From an uncultured delta proteobacterium (lineage in GTDB: Bacteria; Desulfobacterota; RBG-13-43-22), in contig CAWDKY010000053.1 in assembly GCA_963802945.1 (NCBI GenBank), positions 160,001-224,000 of the forward strand: a stretch of DNA of 64,000 nt, given 5' to 3'. Under the pieces are notes generated by a model. It did no database searches and was not told where the DNA came from. It saw only the letters and a program-made list of their open reading frames with translations. Every line of letters starts with the position of its first letter. The stretch's first letter is position 1. The translations under genes and the position numbers were made by a program. This document shows, in pieces, positions 20,079-32,675 of the stretch.

Positions 20079-22364
20079 GTTTTTCTTACCCCTCTCCCTG
20101 ATTGATTAATCAACTCTCGATAACGATCAGCCGCCTTTTGGACTTCGGGATCATTCCACAATTCTTCAATAGAATATTGCATCTTTCTGGACCAGTTGGG
20201 ATAGGCGGTGATGGTTCCCGGAAGATTGAGTTGATTCTTTTCCAGGAAAAGGTCTTCCTGGCTGATAACCGCTAATTTGGCCTTGGTGGAAAGCACATAA
20301 GACAACACGGCCCGGTGAAGCCCTTCCGTTACTACCGGTTCTTCCTGGGCTTGAAGGGTTAGCGCATCCTCTTTGGAAAGAAATCCCAATTGCTGAAGAC
20401 GGTCTACCATCCTGCGTTTGTCCTTGATCCGTTCAGCCAGGGCCTGATAAAATTGTTCCTCTTTTGCAAAGAGACCTAAATTTTTTCGAAGAGCAATGTC
20501 TCCCATTCCCCAGAATCCGGCCAGTGGAGGCAGATCATGAGTACTCACCGAGGCCAGGGCTAATTCCGGATAGGCCTCAGGATGAATTAATTGGCCTGTT
20601 TCATCCTTTTCAAAATAAAAGAGACGACAGGAAAAAACACCCTTTTTCTGCAGAACCTCCCTCAATTGGTCCGGTAATGTCCCCAGGTCTTCACCGATGA
20701 TCAGGGTTTTGTTTCGAACACTTTCCAGGGCCAAAATCTTTAAAAACTCCTCAAGAAAATATTTGACGTAGACCCCTTCATGGGCAGGCCGCCCTTCCAA
20801 TATCCAAAAAAGACGTGAAAATTTTAAAATATGGTCAATACGCAAGGCCCCTCCGGGACAACTGTTTTTACGAATCTCTAAAGCAAAGAGTTGATAACCC
20901 TCTTGACGATATTTTCCCCCATCGGGAGGGAAAAATCCCCAATCCTGTCCTTTAGGTGAAAAATCATCCGGAGGTGCCCCGACCTTGACACCGGGGATGG
21001 TATAATCCCGCCAAGCCCAAGAATCAGCCCCCCAGGGATCAATACCCAAGGCCAAGTCATGATAGAGGCCGATCCCGGACCCAAACTTCATGGCCAGCTC
21101 CTGCACGGCCGAAAGCTGCTCTTCTATTTGCCACTGTAAATATTGATGAAATAAGACCTCTGGCCAGTGTTCATTTTTAAAGGTAATAACTTCCTGGGAA
21201 TGAGGGTCTTGAAAAGGATTGGGCCACTGCTCCCAGGTATAAAGCTCCTGGTTTTCTTTTTCAAAATAGTCTGTCAGGGCACAGAAAACCGAGAAGCGAT
21301 CCAGCCATTCGCCTTCTCCTTCAATATAAGCCTGGAATTCTTTTTGACGTTGAGTCTCCTGCCCGGCCTCCTTCCAATGACGTTCTAAAAAGGTTTGAAA
21401 AACTTTCTGTAAAACCTTTCTCTTCAACCTGTCCACTTTTTCAAACTGAACTTTTTTGGAATTTCTTGTTTCGTTCATCAAGTTCAGGGTTTCCGAACCC
21501 GCCATAATTTCCTTGGCTTTTAGAGAATATTCATATTCTTCGATTTCGGGAACGGATAAGTAGATCGGATTTCGATACAAACGGCTCGATGGGTAATAAG
21601 GACTGATATTGTAAGGCTCCTTATTAGAAAGGTAATGCAAGGGGAGCAACCCGACAACCTCCACATGCAGCCTTTCGATGGCCCAGCGCATTAATTCCTT
21701 CAGGTCGCCGAAATCCCCAACCCCCCAATTATTCCTGGACCGGAGGCCGGCCAAGGAAACCATGAATCCGGCCCTTTTCCCGTTGCCTCTGAGGGCCGGA
21801 GGGATATAGGTCTGTTCGGGGCAGACGATCACTTTGACGTCTTGCGCAAAATGACGCTCCCCTTGCCTTAAGACCACAGAACAATAGTGGTAGCCCAAAG
21901 GCAGACCTTGAGGGAAAGGCAGGCTTCCTCTCAGATAAAGGGCCCCCTCGATCCTGGCCGCTTCTCTAAACAGAAGCTTTTCCTGGGGGAAATAGTTGAA
22001 TGGTTACGTTCCCATTTTCCTCATGAATATTTAATTGAACTCCGAGGTCTTCGGGCAAATCAACGGGCTCTAGGTCCTGTTCTTCCGCTGGAAACTGAAA
22101 ATGCATTTCTTCCGGCAGAGACCCCATCGATATAATCAAAACAGGCTCTGTAAGTTGCCTCCAAGACCGATGCTCTTCGGCCAGGACCGCCTTTTTCAGA
22201 TCCTCCAGAGGCTCCACCGGACACCCCATGGCCGACAGGATCTTCATGGTGGTTTCCTGGGTACTGGAATGGATGTGCCCCCAGACATCCCGATAATCGG
22301 TTTCAATCCCTTTAAGCGAAGCTAAACGAGTCAGCCATTTTTGATATTCTTCAGAATCGTTCAT
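20060..22364 (-). CDS. malQ: 4-alpha-glucanotransferase (amylomaltase, GH77), frameshift near 21995
   Basis: NWGVGDFGDL, SPYYPSSR, YHDLALG, GAPPDDF, LRIDH, IGEDLG, STHDLP, NLPGT; N-terminal YRDVWG segment joins on removing one C. Confidence 0.92.
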
Positions 22365-23447
22365 TGGATTCGAATGATTTCCCCTTCATCCATTATCCGG
22401 GCATTGAAATCACAACCATTCTTGTGAGTAAGTTCTTTCAGCAAACGAATCCCTTCTTTTTGGCTATCCAATACAGGAATTCCCCCATTAACCAATTTTA
22501 TCGGAATCAATCGCCCTTCCAAAAATTGGCCGTTTTTCAGAGTCCAGATTGACTTTTAAGATACCAGAAATGCCATTAGGTCCTTTGAGATTAAACAGGC
22601 CGTACGTCAAAAAATTACCCAGACTGTAGGCAATTAATTTCCCCTTATAAATCTCCACAGCCCTTAAGACATGAGGGCCGTGGCCCAGGACCAGATCTGC
22701 ACCGGCGTCGATAACCGACCGGGAAAACAGCATCACGTTACCCCGATCCTCGTCTAGAAAAATTTCATTCTCATTGACGACTTGGAGAGCGGTTTTCCCT
22801 TCAGCCCCCCCATGAAAGGATACGATCACCAGGTCATGGGTCTCCTTTATTTTAGCGACCAGTTCTTTGGCCTTGCCGATTTCCAACAAAGACCAGGAGT
22901 AGAGAGACGAACGATAAGAAAATCCGATCAAGGCTATCTTTTTTCCTTTGATCAATAATTCGGCGACGGCTTGGCCTCCTAAAGGTTTTATCCCCAAGGC
23001 ATCCAAGGTCTCAAGGGTACTCCTTAGGCCCTCCATTCCAAAATCCAGGGTATGATTATTGGCGATATTCACCACCGTAAATCCGGCCTGTTTCAGAAAA
23101 AGGCCGTAACGGACCGGCATCTTGAACTCAAAACACCAGGGGCTTTTATTGTCCAGACATTTACCCTGTCCTTCTGCCTCGTATAGAGGACCTTCCAAGT
23201 TTCCAAAGGTAAGGTCTCCGTCCTTAAGACTAGCGGCAATATTATCAAATAAATACTGTCCATCATCGGGCGGCAATCTCCCTTTTTGACCAAGGGAACC
23301 CATCATGATGTCCCCCACGGCAACCACAGAGAGAACATCACCGGCATAGGACTTTTGAAAAACCAATCCGGCGATCAGAACTAAGAAAAACAAAAAGATG
23401 GCCTTTTTAGGTTTTAATATTTTTTCTCTTTGGCTTGGGAAGGACAT
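22361..23447 (-). CDS. CapA family metallophosphoesterase (exported), frameshift near 22540
   Basis: VGDIMM, GNLEG, ANNHTLDFG, SFHGGAE, GADLVLGHGPHV, AYSLGNF; corrected frame ends DEGEIIRIQ* with ATGA overlap on malQ. Confidence 0.85.
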
Positions 23448-23583
23448 AACTGACCTATATACTACAGAATCGACTCCTTGTTAACTTTTTAAGAGATACC
23501 TTATTACGGAATTCTTGACAATGCACTCATAACATTATAAAAAAAGAATAATAAATTTCATTTTTTTATTACCGGGGGCTGCC

Positions 23584-24060
23584 TTGAATTCTAATAATAA
23601 GCCGGCCTTTAAGGGGTTGATCCTATTCTTAAGTTCCGGGACCTACCTGGGGTATATCCCCCTGGCTTCAGGAACTTTTGGAACCCTTTGGGGGTTGCCC
23701 ATATTCTACTGGCTCTCGGCACGAACCATTTGGTTTCAGATCGTATTTACAGTCGGCTCCATCTTGTTGGCCGTTCTTTTGGCCGGGCAAGCAGAAAAAA
23801 TTTGGAATAAAAAAGATCCTTCCCAAGTGGTGATCGATGAAATAGTCGGTTATATGGCAGCAATGGTTTGCCTGCCTTTTTCCTGGGAAACAGCCTGGGT
23901 CGGATTTTTTATTTTTAGGGCCATGGATATCATCAAACCTTATCCGATTCGAAAAATCGACCGAAATTGGCCCGGGGGTTGGGGAATCGTGTTGGATGAT
24001 GTCTTGGCCGGTATTTATACTCAACTTGTACTTCGGTTTTGGATTTACTTCCGGTCCTGA
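23584..24060 (+). CDS. pgpA: Phosphatidylglycerophosphatase A
   Basis: ASGTFGT, DPSQVVIDEIVG, FRAMDIIKP, GIVLDDVLAG. Confidence 0.93.
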   Translation: MNSNNKPAFKGLILFLSSGTYLGYIPLASGTFGTLWGLPIFYWLSARTIWFQIVFTVGSILLAVLLAGQAEKIWNKKDPSQVVIDEIVGYMAAMVCLPFSWETAWVGFFIFRAMDIIKPYPIRKIDRNWPGGWGIVLDDVLAGIYTQLVLRFWIYFRS

Positions 24061-24072
24061 TGGAAAAATTAA

Positions 24073-25335
24073 ATGGGGATAAAGATTGAGGTCATAGGGA
24101 TAGGCAATGAACTGATTACCGGCCGGGTTCTGGATCAAAACGCCGGTTATGTTGCTGCCCGATTGCATTCCTCTGGATTTGAGGTCAGGAGGATAGTCTT
24201 AATTGGGGCCCAACCCAGAATCATCCGCTCCGCCCTGAAACAGGCAGGAAAAAGGTCCGATGCCGTCCTGGTGACCGGCGGCTTGGGCAGCACCCTGGAT
24301 GACATTACGGTTGAAGTGGTCAGCCGGGTCTTCCGCCGTCCACTGGTTCTCCATCCGGATCTTCAAAGTCAAATCAGACGATCGTTAACCAAGAAGGCCA
24401 TCCCCCGGGACCCCAAGTTTGAAAAAATAGCCTGGCTGCCGGAAGGGGTGGAACTGTTTCACCCCAGACCCAAGGCCTGCGGTTTTATGATGATGGAGAA
24501 TGGAAAACCGTTCTTTTTTCTACCCGGAGTCCCGGAGGAAATGAGAAGGTTTTTAGACCGGCAAATTATTCCCTATTTACTCCAGCACTACCCGGGACAG
24601 GAGGTCGTCCGGCAAAGGGTCTATCATATCTTCGGATTGTTGGAGCCGGAGATCAATGAAAAAGTCAAGGATTTGGAACAACGTTTTGAATCCCTCCAAA
24701 TAGGATTTTATCCCAATTTTCCGGAAAACCAACTGACCCTTTCCGTCCGCTCCGAGAAAGCCCTCTGGGCCGACCGCTTGCTCGATTCCATTGAAACGGT
24801 AGTGGAAGAACGATTATCCGGACATCTTATTTCCAAGCATGGTCAGACTCTGGAAGAAGTCATTGGTGAATTATTAATACAAAAAAAGAAGACCCTGGCT
24901 GTGGCCGAATCCTGCACCGGCGGTTTGATCGGACATCGAATAACAAGTGTACCTGGAAGTTCCGAATATTTTGATCGGTCCGTGGTGGTTTACAGCAACA
25001 AGGCCAAAACAGAACTGCTTGACATCCCCAAAAGGATTCTTGCCCGATACGGGGCTGTCAGTGAAAAAACAGCCATATTGATGGCCGAGGGAATTCGAAA
25101 AAGAAGCGGATCGGATATAGGACTGGCCGTTACCGGGATCGCCGGACCGGGAGGCGGAACGCCGGAAAAACCCGTGGGAACGGTCTGGATCGCCCTGTCT
25201 ACGATCCAAAGGAGCAAGGCCGGTCATTTTCTTTTTAGCGGACCACGCCAACAAATTAAAACCCTGACAGCTTATACGGCCCTGAATTGGGTCAGGAGAT
25301 ACCTCCTTGATGATACGTTCCTTTTTAGCGATTGA
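24073..25335 (+). CDS. cinA: CinA family protein (MoCF-like domain plus NMN deamidase)
   Basis: IGNELITG..DQN, TGGLG, LPGVP, AESCTGG, YSNKAK, TGIAGPGGG. Confidence 0.93.
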   Translation: MGIKIEVIGIGNELITGRVLDQNAGYVAARLHSSGFEVRRIVLIGAQPRIIRSALKQAGKRSDAVLVTGGLGSTLDDITVEVVSRVFRRPLVLHPDLQSQIRRSLTKKAIPRDPKFEKIAWLPEGVELFHPRPKACGFMMMENGKPFFFLPGVPEEMRRFLDRQIIPYLLQHYPGQEVVRQRVYHIFGLLEPEINEKVKDLEQRFESLQIGFYPNFPENQLTLSVRSEKALWADRLLDSIETVVEERLSGHLISKHGQTLEEVIGELLIQKKKTLAVAESCTGGLIGHRITSVPGSSEYFDRSVVVYSNKAKTELLDIPKRILARYGAVSEKTAILMAEGIRKRSGSDIGLAVTGIAGPGGGTPEKPVGTVWIALSTIQRSKAGHFLFSGPRQQIKTLTAYTALNWVRRYLLDDTFLFSD

Positions 25336-25876
25336 ACTTCCTGAAGACCAAAAAGAGACTGTTGCCGAATATATTCAGGAGCTGCGTCAGGTCCCTTCGA
25401 AGATTAAATGGGTCCTGCCCCATCAGACCCATTTTACCTTGAAGTTTTTTGGTTCCATTAGGCCCGAAACAGTAAAAAAAATTGCTCAAGCCCTTTCTCC
25501 GGCCTTAAGCGAGTTCCCCAAATTTCATCTGACCTTGAAAGGGATAGGGGCTTTTCCAAACCTGTTCAGACCCCGGGTGATTTGGTTAGGTCTGGGGGGG
25601 AAGACGGATAGCCTCCGGGGGATTCACCAGATCATTGATCAGGCCCTTATTCCTTTGGGCTTCCCCAAAGAAGAACGGCCTTTCCAGGGCCATTTGACCC
25701 TGGGAAGAAATAAAGAGAATCAAATAAACGAATCGTTTTACAGACACCTGTCCGAATGGTCGAAGGAAGAAACCACCCCGTTTGCAGTTGAAAGGGTGAT
25801 TCTTTTTCAAAGTGATTTAAAACCGGCCGGACCGGTGTATACCAAGTTGGAGGCTTTTACACTTAAAAAAGCGTAA
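25307..25876 (+). CDS. thpR: RNA 2',3'-cyclic phosphodiesterase (2H family)
   Basis: RSFLAI, HFTLKF, HLTLGR, GPVY. Confidence 0.92.
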   Translation: MMIRSFLAIELPEDQKETVAEYIQELRQVPSKIKWVLPHQTHFTLKFFGSIRPETVKKIAQALSPALSEFPKFHLTLKGIGAFPNLFRPRVIWLGLGGKTDSLRGIHQIIDQALIPLGFPKEERPFQGHLTLGRNKENQINESFYRHLSEWSKEETTPFAVERVILFQSDLKPAGPVYTKLEAFTLKKA

Positions 25877-26015
25877 CTGGAATAAGAAAAAAAATCTGGA
25901 TCCCTGACACCAGATAAAAAAATTTTCATCTGGAGAGGACATCTGGTATCTTTCTTATACCAGGAATTCAATAAAAGGAATTAGACTTAAACAACCAAAC
26001 CAAGAGGGAGGCGAT

Positions 26016-27041
26016 ATGAAAACAGATTTGAAACCAACCAGTGAAAAAGGCAGGGCGGTGGAAATGGCCATGGGTCAAATTGAAAAACAGTTCGGAAAAG
26101 GCTCTATTATGCGTCTGGGAGCAGAGGCCGTGACGGCCGATATCCCCTCTATCCCTACGGGATCCCTTTCTCTCGATATGGCCACCGGTATCGGAGGTAT
26201 TCCCCGGGGCAGGATCACAGAAATCTATGGTCCTGAATCTTCCGGCAAGACCTCTCTGGCCTTGCATACCATCGCCGAGGCCCAAAAAAAAGGAGGCATG
26301 GCCGCCTTTATTGACGCCGAACACGCCCTGGATATCAGCTATGCCAGCAAGTTGGGGGTGAATTGCGATGACCTGCTGGTCTCCCAGCCTGATAATGGGG
26401 AGCAGGCCCTGGAAATCGCTGAAATACTGGTGCGCAGCGGTGCCATGGATATCGTGGTAGTCGATTCGGTAGCCGCCCTGGTTCCTCGGGCGGAAATAGA
26501 AGGGGAAATGGGAGATGCCCACATGGGACTCCAGGCCCGGCTTATGTCCCAAGCCTTGAGGAAATTGACCGGGACCATCAGCAAGACCCATACCTCCCTA
26601 GTCTTTATCAACCAGATCCGGATGAAAATCGGGGTCATGTTCGGCAATCCGGAAACCACTACCGGAGGAAACGCCTTGAAGTTTTATGCCTCTTTGCGCC
26701 TGGATATACGGAAAATCGGAACGTTAAAAGATGGACAGGAGATCATCGGTACTCGAACCAAAGTCAAGGTGGTTAAAAACAAGATTGCCCCTCCATTTAA
26801 AGAAGCCGAATTTGATATCCTCTATGGAGAAGGGATCTCCAAGGAAGGCGACATCCTGGACCTGGGTGTGGCCCACGACATTGTTGAAAAAAGCGGCACC
26901 TGGTACTCTTACGGCGGCAATCGTATCGGTCAGGGACGGGATAATGCCCGGTTGTATTTAAAGGACCACCCGGAAGCCTTAACCGAGATCGAGACCAAAG
27001 TCAAACAGACTTATGGATTGATCAAAGAGACCGGGCAATAG
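26016..27041 (+). CDS. recA: Recombinase RecA
   Basis: [44 protein letters not shown]. Confidence 0.99.
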   Translation: MKTDLKPTSEKGRAVEMAMGQIEKQFGKGSIMRLGAEAVTADIPSIPTGSLSLDMATGIGGIPRGRITEIYGPESSGKTSLALHTIAEAQKKGGMAAFIDAEHALDISYASKLGVNCDDLLVSQPDNGEQALEIAEILVRSGAMDIVVVDSVAALVPRAEIEGEMGDAHMGLQARLMSQALRKLTGTISKTHTSLVFINQIRMKIGVMFGNPETTTGGNALKFYASLRLDIRKIGTLKDGQEIIGTRTKVKVVKNKIAPPFKEAEFDILYGEGISKEGDILDLGVAHDIVEKSGTWYSYGGNRIGQGRDNARLYLKDHPEALTEIETKVKQTYGLIKETGQ

Positions 27042-27060
27042 AACAACCTAAATCATATTG

Positions 27061-27272
27061 GAATACAGAATCCAGGAGTCAGCATTCAGGATAAAAAATG
27101 ATATTGATATACTCGTGAATTGTATGTGTAATCACTTTACAGTCTTGTCATTCCGGACTTGATCCGGAATCCATTCTTTTTGACCTGGGTTCCCGCTGGA
27201 GTTTATCCCGCACTTGATGCGGGACGGGAATGACGGCATGAGGACTATTGTAAACCTCTTATCGAGACACAA
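27061..27272. mobile_element. Family C arm plus about 150-bp REP-containing MITE (inverted copy of 39732-39891)
   Basis: GTCATTCCGGACTTGATCCGGAATCC...TCCCGCACTTGATGCGGGA..GGAATGAC...AGGACTATTGTAA..GAGACAC aligns along its length with the reverse complement of 39732-39891. Confidence 0.8.
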
Positions 27273-27313
27273 TAATAGATACGAGATTCATTTTCTTACT
27301 ACGGAAAGGATAA

Positions 27314-29966
<2,653 letters not shown>

Positions 29967-29972
29967 AAAACG

Positions 29973-30091
29973 ATGGAGTATTGGAGTACTGGAATATTGG
30001 AATAGTGGAAGAATAGAGTAGCCGGGCTAGTCCATTACTCCAATACTCCATCACTCCAATTTCCCATCCTTCACTACTCCATTACTCCAAT
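29973..30091. repeat. Periodic inverted-repeat element, octamer family D, between convergent genes
   Basis: TGGAGTAT TGGAGTAC TGGAATAT TGGAATAG TGGAAGAA ... ATTACTCC AATACTCC ATCACTCC ... ATTACTCC AAT. Confidence 0.88.
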
Positions 30092-30100
30092 TCTTTTGGT

Positions 30101-31189
30101 TCAGTTTTTTGAGTGGCCGTTTTTCAGGGTTTCATAAATTCGATCAGAGAGATAACGGATGGCCTTAGTCTTCTTTCTGCCCCAGCCCCCATCGGATGGG
30201 CGGTCTTTATTCTCGATAATAATAGAAAGGACATAATCGTTACGACCGTTCAAGCTCTTTTGATAAACAATACCGCAATCGCCGTTCAAACCCCTAACAA
30301 AGCCGGTTTTATCGGCCACAGCCACACCATCCTGTTTGATCTGATAAGTTCTAATCCGGTCATGGATGTTTTTAAGTAAAATGTCGTTCATTTCTTGGGA
30401 ATACTGGGGACTGATCAATTTCTGTTCATAAAGCAGACGAAAGAAAAGCGTGGTGTCGGCGGCTGAAGTTCGATTGAAGTACGTTTTCCCTCCTTCGGGA
30501 ATAAGTTCCCGGAGACGCGTGTCCAAGAAACCCAGTTTACGCATCAAGGCGTTGATGCCGATGATACCTTGAAGGGTATCCCCTTTCCCCAGACGACGTA
30601 TCAGGACATTGGTGGCCCCATTATCACTTACGGTGATCATACGATTCAAATGGTGTTCTATTTCCGGGGTTTCCTGAAGTTCCTGCCGGGCAATAGCATC
30701 GTAAACCGCCAACATGACAAAAGGTTTGATCAGACTGGCCGCATTACGAACAACATTCCCGTTAATGTCCACCAGCATTTTTTTGTCATTGAGGTCGTAG
30801 ACCTGGATGGAAATCTGATCCTCCGGCAGAAGTTGCCGGATAGACTTAAGATGAATAATTTCATTTTCGATCAAGACTTGTAACGGACCTTCGGTATTTA
30901 TTTCCGGCGGTGGGATAGCGTCTTCACGAGGAAACCGTTTTCGGGCAATGGATGTAACCGGTTTGCGGGGAGAAGCGGCCTTTTTCCTTTTTTTAAACGA
31001 GGCAGATCTTTTCTTTTTTTTCTTTTGGCTGATTCGTTTGAGTTTCTTTTTCTTGGTCCCTTTTTGACAGGTCTTCTTTGATTTTACCCGAGGACCATCA
31101 GACCCTGTGATGGCCTGAAGGGGTTGGTTCAGAAAAAAAACCAGGGCCAGTATCAAAGATATGATGAAATTTTTCTTAAAAAGTGTCAT
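30101..31189 (-). CDS. Exported serine hydrolase, class A beta-lactamase/PBP fold, with Lys-rich N-terminal region
   Basis: Signal peptide, AASLIK (SxxK), SDN, DKTG. Confidence 0.82.
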   Translation of the reverse strand: MTLFKKNFIISLILALVFFLNQPLQAITGSDGPRVKSKKTCQKGTKKKKLKRISQKKKKKRSASFKKRKKAASPRKPVTSIARKRFPREDAIPPPEINTEGPLQVLIENEIIHLKSIRQLLPEDQISIQVYDLNDKKMLVDINGNVVRNAASLIKPFVMLAVYDAIARQELQETPEIEHHLNRMITVSDNGATNVLIRRLGKGDTLQGIIGINALMRKLGFLDTRLRELIPEGGKTYFNRTSAADTTLFFRLLYEQKLISPQYSQEMNDILLKNIHDRIRTYQIKQDGVAVADKTGFVRGLNGDCGIVYQKSLNGRNDYVLSIIIENKDRPSDGGWGRKKTKAIRYLSDRIYETLKNGHSKN

Positions 31190-31291
31190 AAATGTACCAT
31201 AAAAAATTTATTGTTTTCTTGTCAAGAAATAACAGCTATTGGGATGCTAACTTACTAAAACTTTTAATGTTTTATTTTCACTCGGTGATTT

Positions 31292-32437
31292 ATGAAATTG
31301 CATCATTCTTCCGGCTTGGGCTCCTGGGTTGAAATTGACCTTTCCTGTCTAAGGGAAAACTATCAATCTCTCAGGGAAAAAATCAACCCCTCTACCAAAA
31401 TCATGGCGGTGGTTAAAGCCGATGCCTATGGGCATGGTCTGGTTTCCATTGGTCGGGAATTGGTTCGTCTTGGTGTTCCGGCTTTGGGTGTAGGTTCGAT
31501 TGACGAAGGCATCATAGTCAGAAACAAGATCAGCCCTGATATCCCGGTGTTCCTTTTACTGGGCCTTCTCCCGGAAGAAACCCAGGCCTGTCTCCATTAC
31601 CGCCTGACCCCGGTCCTGTACGGAATCGAAACCGCCAAAAAGCTCGACCGGGCTGCAAGACAAAAAAAAACCCAATTCCCAGTACACATCAAGATCGATA
31701 CCGGAATGGGTCGTTTGGGGGTCCCCTGGTTTGAATTCGGGGAGTTTGTCCATCAAATAAAGGTCTTGAAAGGTCTTCAAATAACCGGCCTGACCTCTCA
31801 CTTCGGACAAGCCGATGAAAAAGAAAAACCTTATAATCAACTGCAATGGAAACGATTCACCGCCGCACTGGATCTGGCGCGGCAAGCCGGCCTGGCATTG
31901 ACTGAAAATCATATGGCCAACAGCGCCGCCCTGCTCAATTACCGGCAAAGCCATCTCCAGTTTGCTCGCCCCGGAATCTTGCTTTATGGCTGTAACCCGG
32001 TCACCCCGCTCAGCCGCACCAAATCCCTCAAAGTAAAACCGGTCATGACCTTAAAAAGCCATATCCTGCAAGTCAAACAACTACCGGCCGGGGTTGAAGT
32101 CAGTTATGGTGGCGCTTTTATCACCACCCGTCCTGAAAGCCTGGCCATTATAGCCATTGGTTATGCCAACGGCTATCCAAGAATATTATCCAACCAAGGA
32201 GAAGTCTTGATAAGGGGCAAACGTTTCCCTATCGTCGGCCGGGTCTGCATGAATTTGACGATAATCCGGGTTGCTCCCTCTCTCCATTGCCGGGTTGGTG
32301 AAGAAGTGGTCCTGATGGGAACCCAAGGGCAAGAGACCATAACCCCAAACGAGCTGGCTCAAAAGGCTGGAACCATCCCTTATGAACTTTTTTGCCTTTT
32401 GGGTCGTCTGAATCCCAGAAAAAATTTAGACATTTGA
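31292..32437 (+). CDS. alr: Alanine racemase
   Basis: AVVKADAYGHG, HIKIDTGMGRLG, RPGILLYG, GYANGY, GRVCM, TIPYE. Confidence 0.96.
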   Translation: MKLHHSSGLGSWVEIDLSCLRENYQSLREKINPSTKIMAVVKADAYGHGLVSIGRELVRLGVPALGVGSIDEGIIVRNKISPDIPVFLLLGLLPEETQACLHYRLTPVLYGIETAKKLDRAARQKKTQFPVHIKIDTGMGRLGVPWFEFGEFVHQIKVLKGLQITGLTSHFGQADEKEKPYNQLQWKRFTAALDLARQAGLALTENHMANSAALLNYRQSHLQFARPGILLYGCNPVTPLSRTKSLKVKPVMTLKSHILQVKQLPAGVEVSYGGAFITTRPESLAIIAIGYANGYPRILSNQGEVLIRGKRFPIVGRVCMNLTIIRVAPSLHCRVGEEVVLMGTQGQETITPNELAQKAGTIPYELFCLLGRLNPRKNLDI

Positions 32438-32498
32438 CTTGGATTCAAAAAAAGCTTATAAAAATAGATTAAATTAAGTCTGTTGGCCAGGAGGAATT

Positions 32499-32675
32499 AT
32501 GTCGCCGGTTCCTGAAGAAATAACCATCTGCGTCGTCTGTGCCTGGAGGGAAACCTGTCAAAAAAAGTATTCCTTTTCCTCTTCGGGTGGAACAAAATGC
32601 CCGGATTATACCCGGGATTTGACCTTGCCGAAAGATAACGATAAAAAACCGGAGAGTAATAAACAAGGTGCGTGA
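32499..32675 (+). CDS. Small 58-aa four-cysteine protein (below the ORF-track cutoff)
   Basis: SD AGGAGG; MSPVPEEITICVVCAWRETCQKKYSFSSSGGTKCPDYTRDLTLPKDNDKKPESNKQGA*; stop overlaps the argS start by 8 nt. Confidence 0.75.
   Translation: MSPVPEEITICVVCAWRETCQKKYSFSSSGGTKCPDYTRDLTLPKDNDKKPESNKQGA

Noticed and set aside
29973-30091. Short repeats as a CRISPR array
   Set aside because: Units are 8 nt, adjacent and inverted, with no unique spacers and no cas genes
30101-31189. Class A beta-lactamase resistance gene
   Set aside because: No Glu166-type ExxLN motif; fold similarity only
32438-32667. ncRNA (6S-like) between alr and argS
   Set aside because: Better explained by a small ORF with a strong SD and coupling to argS
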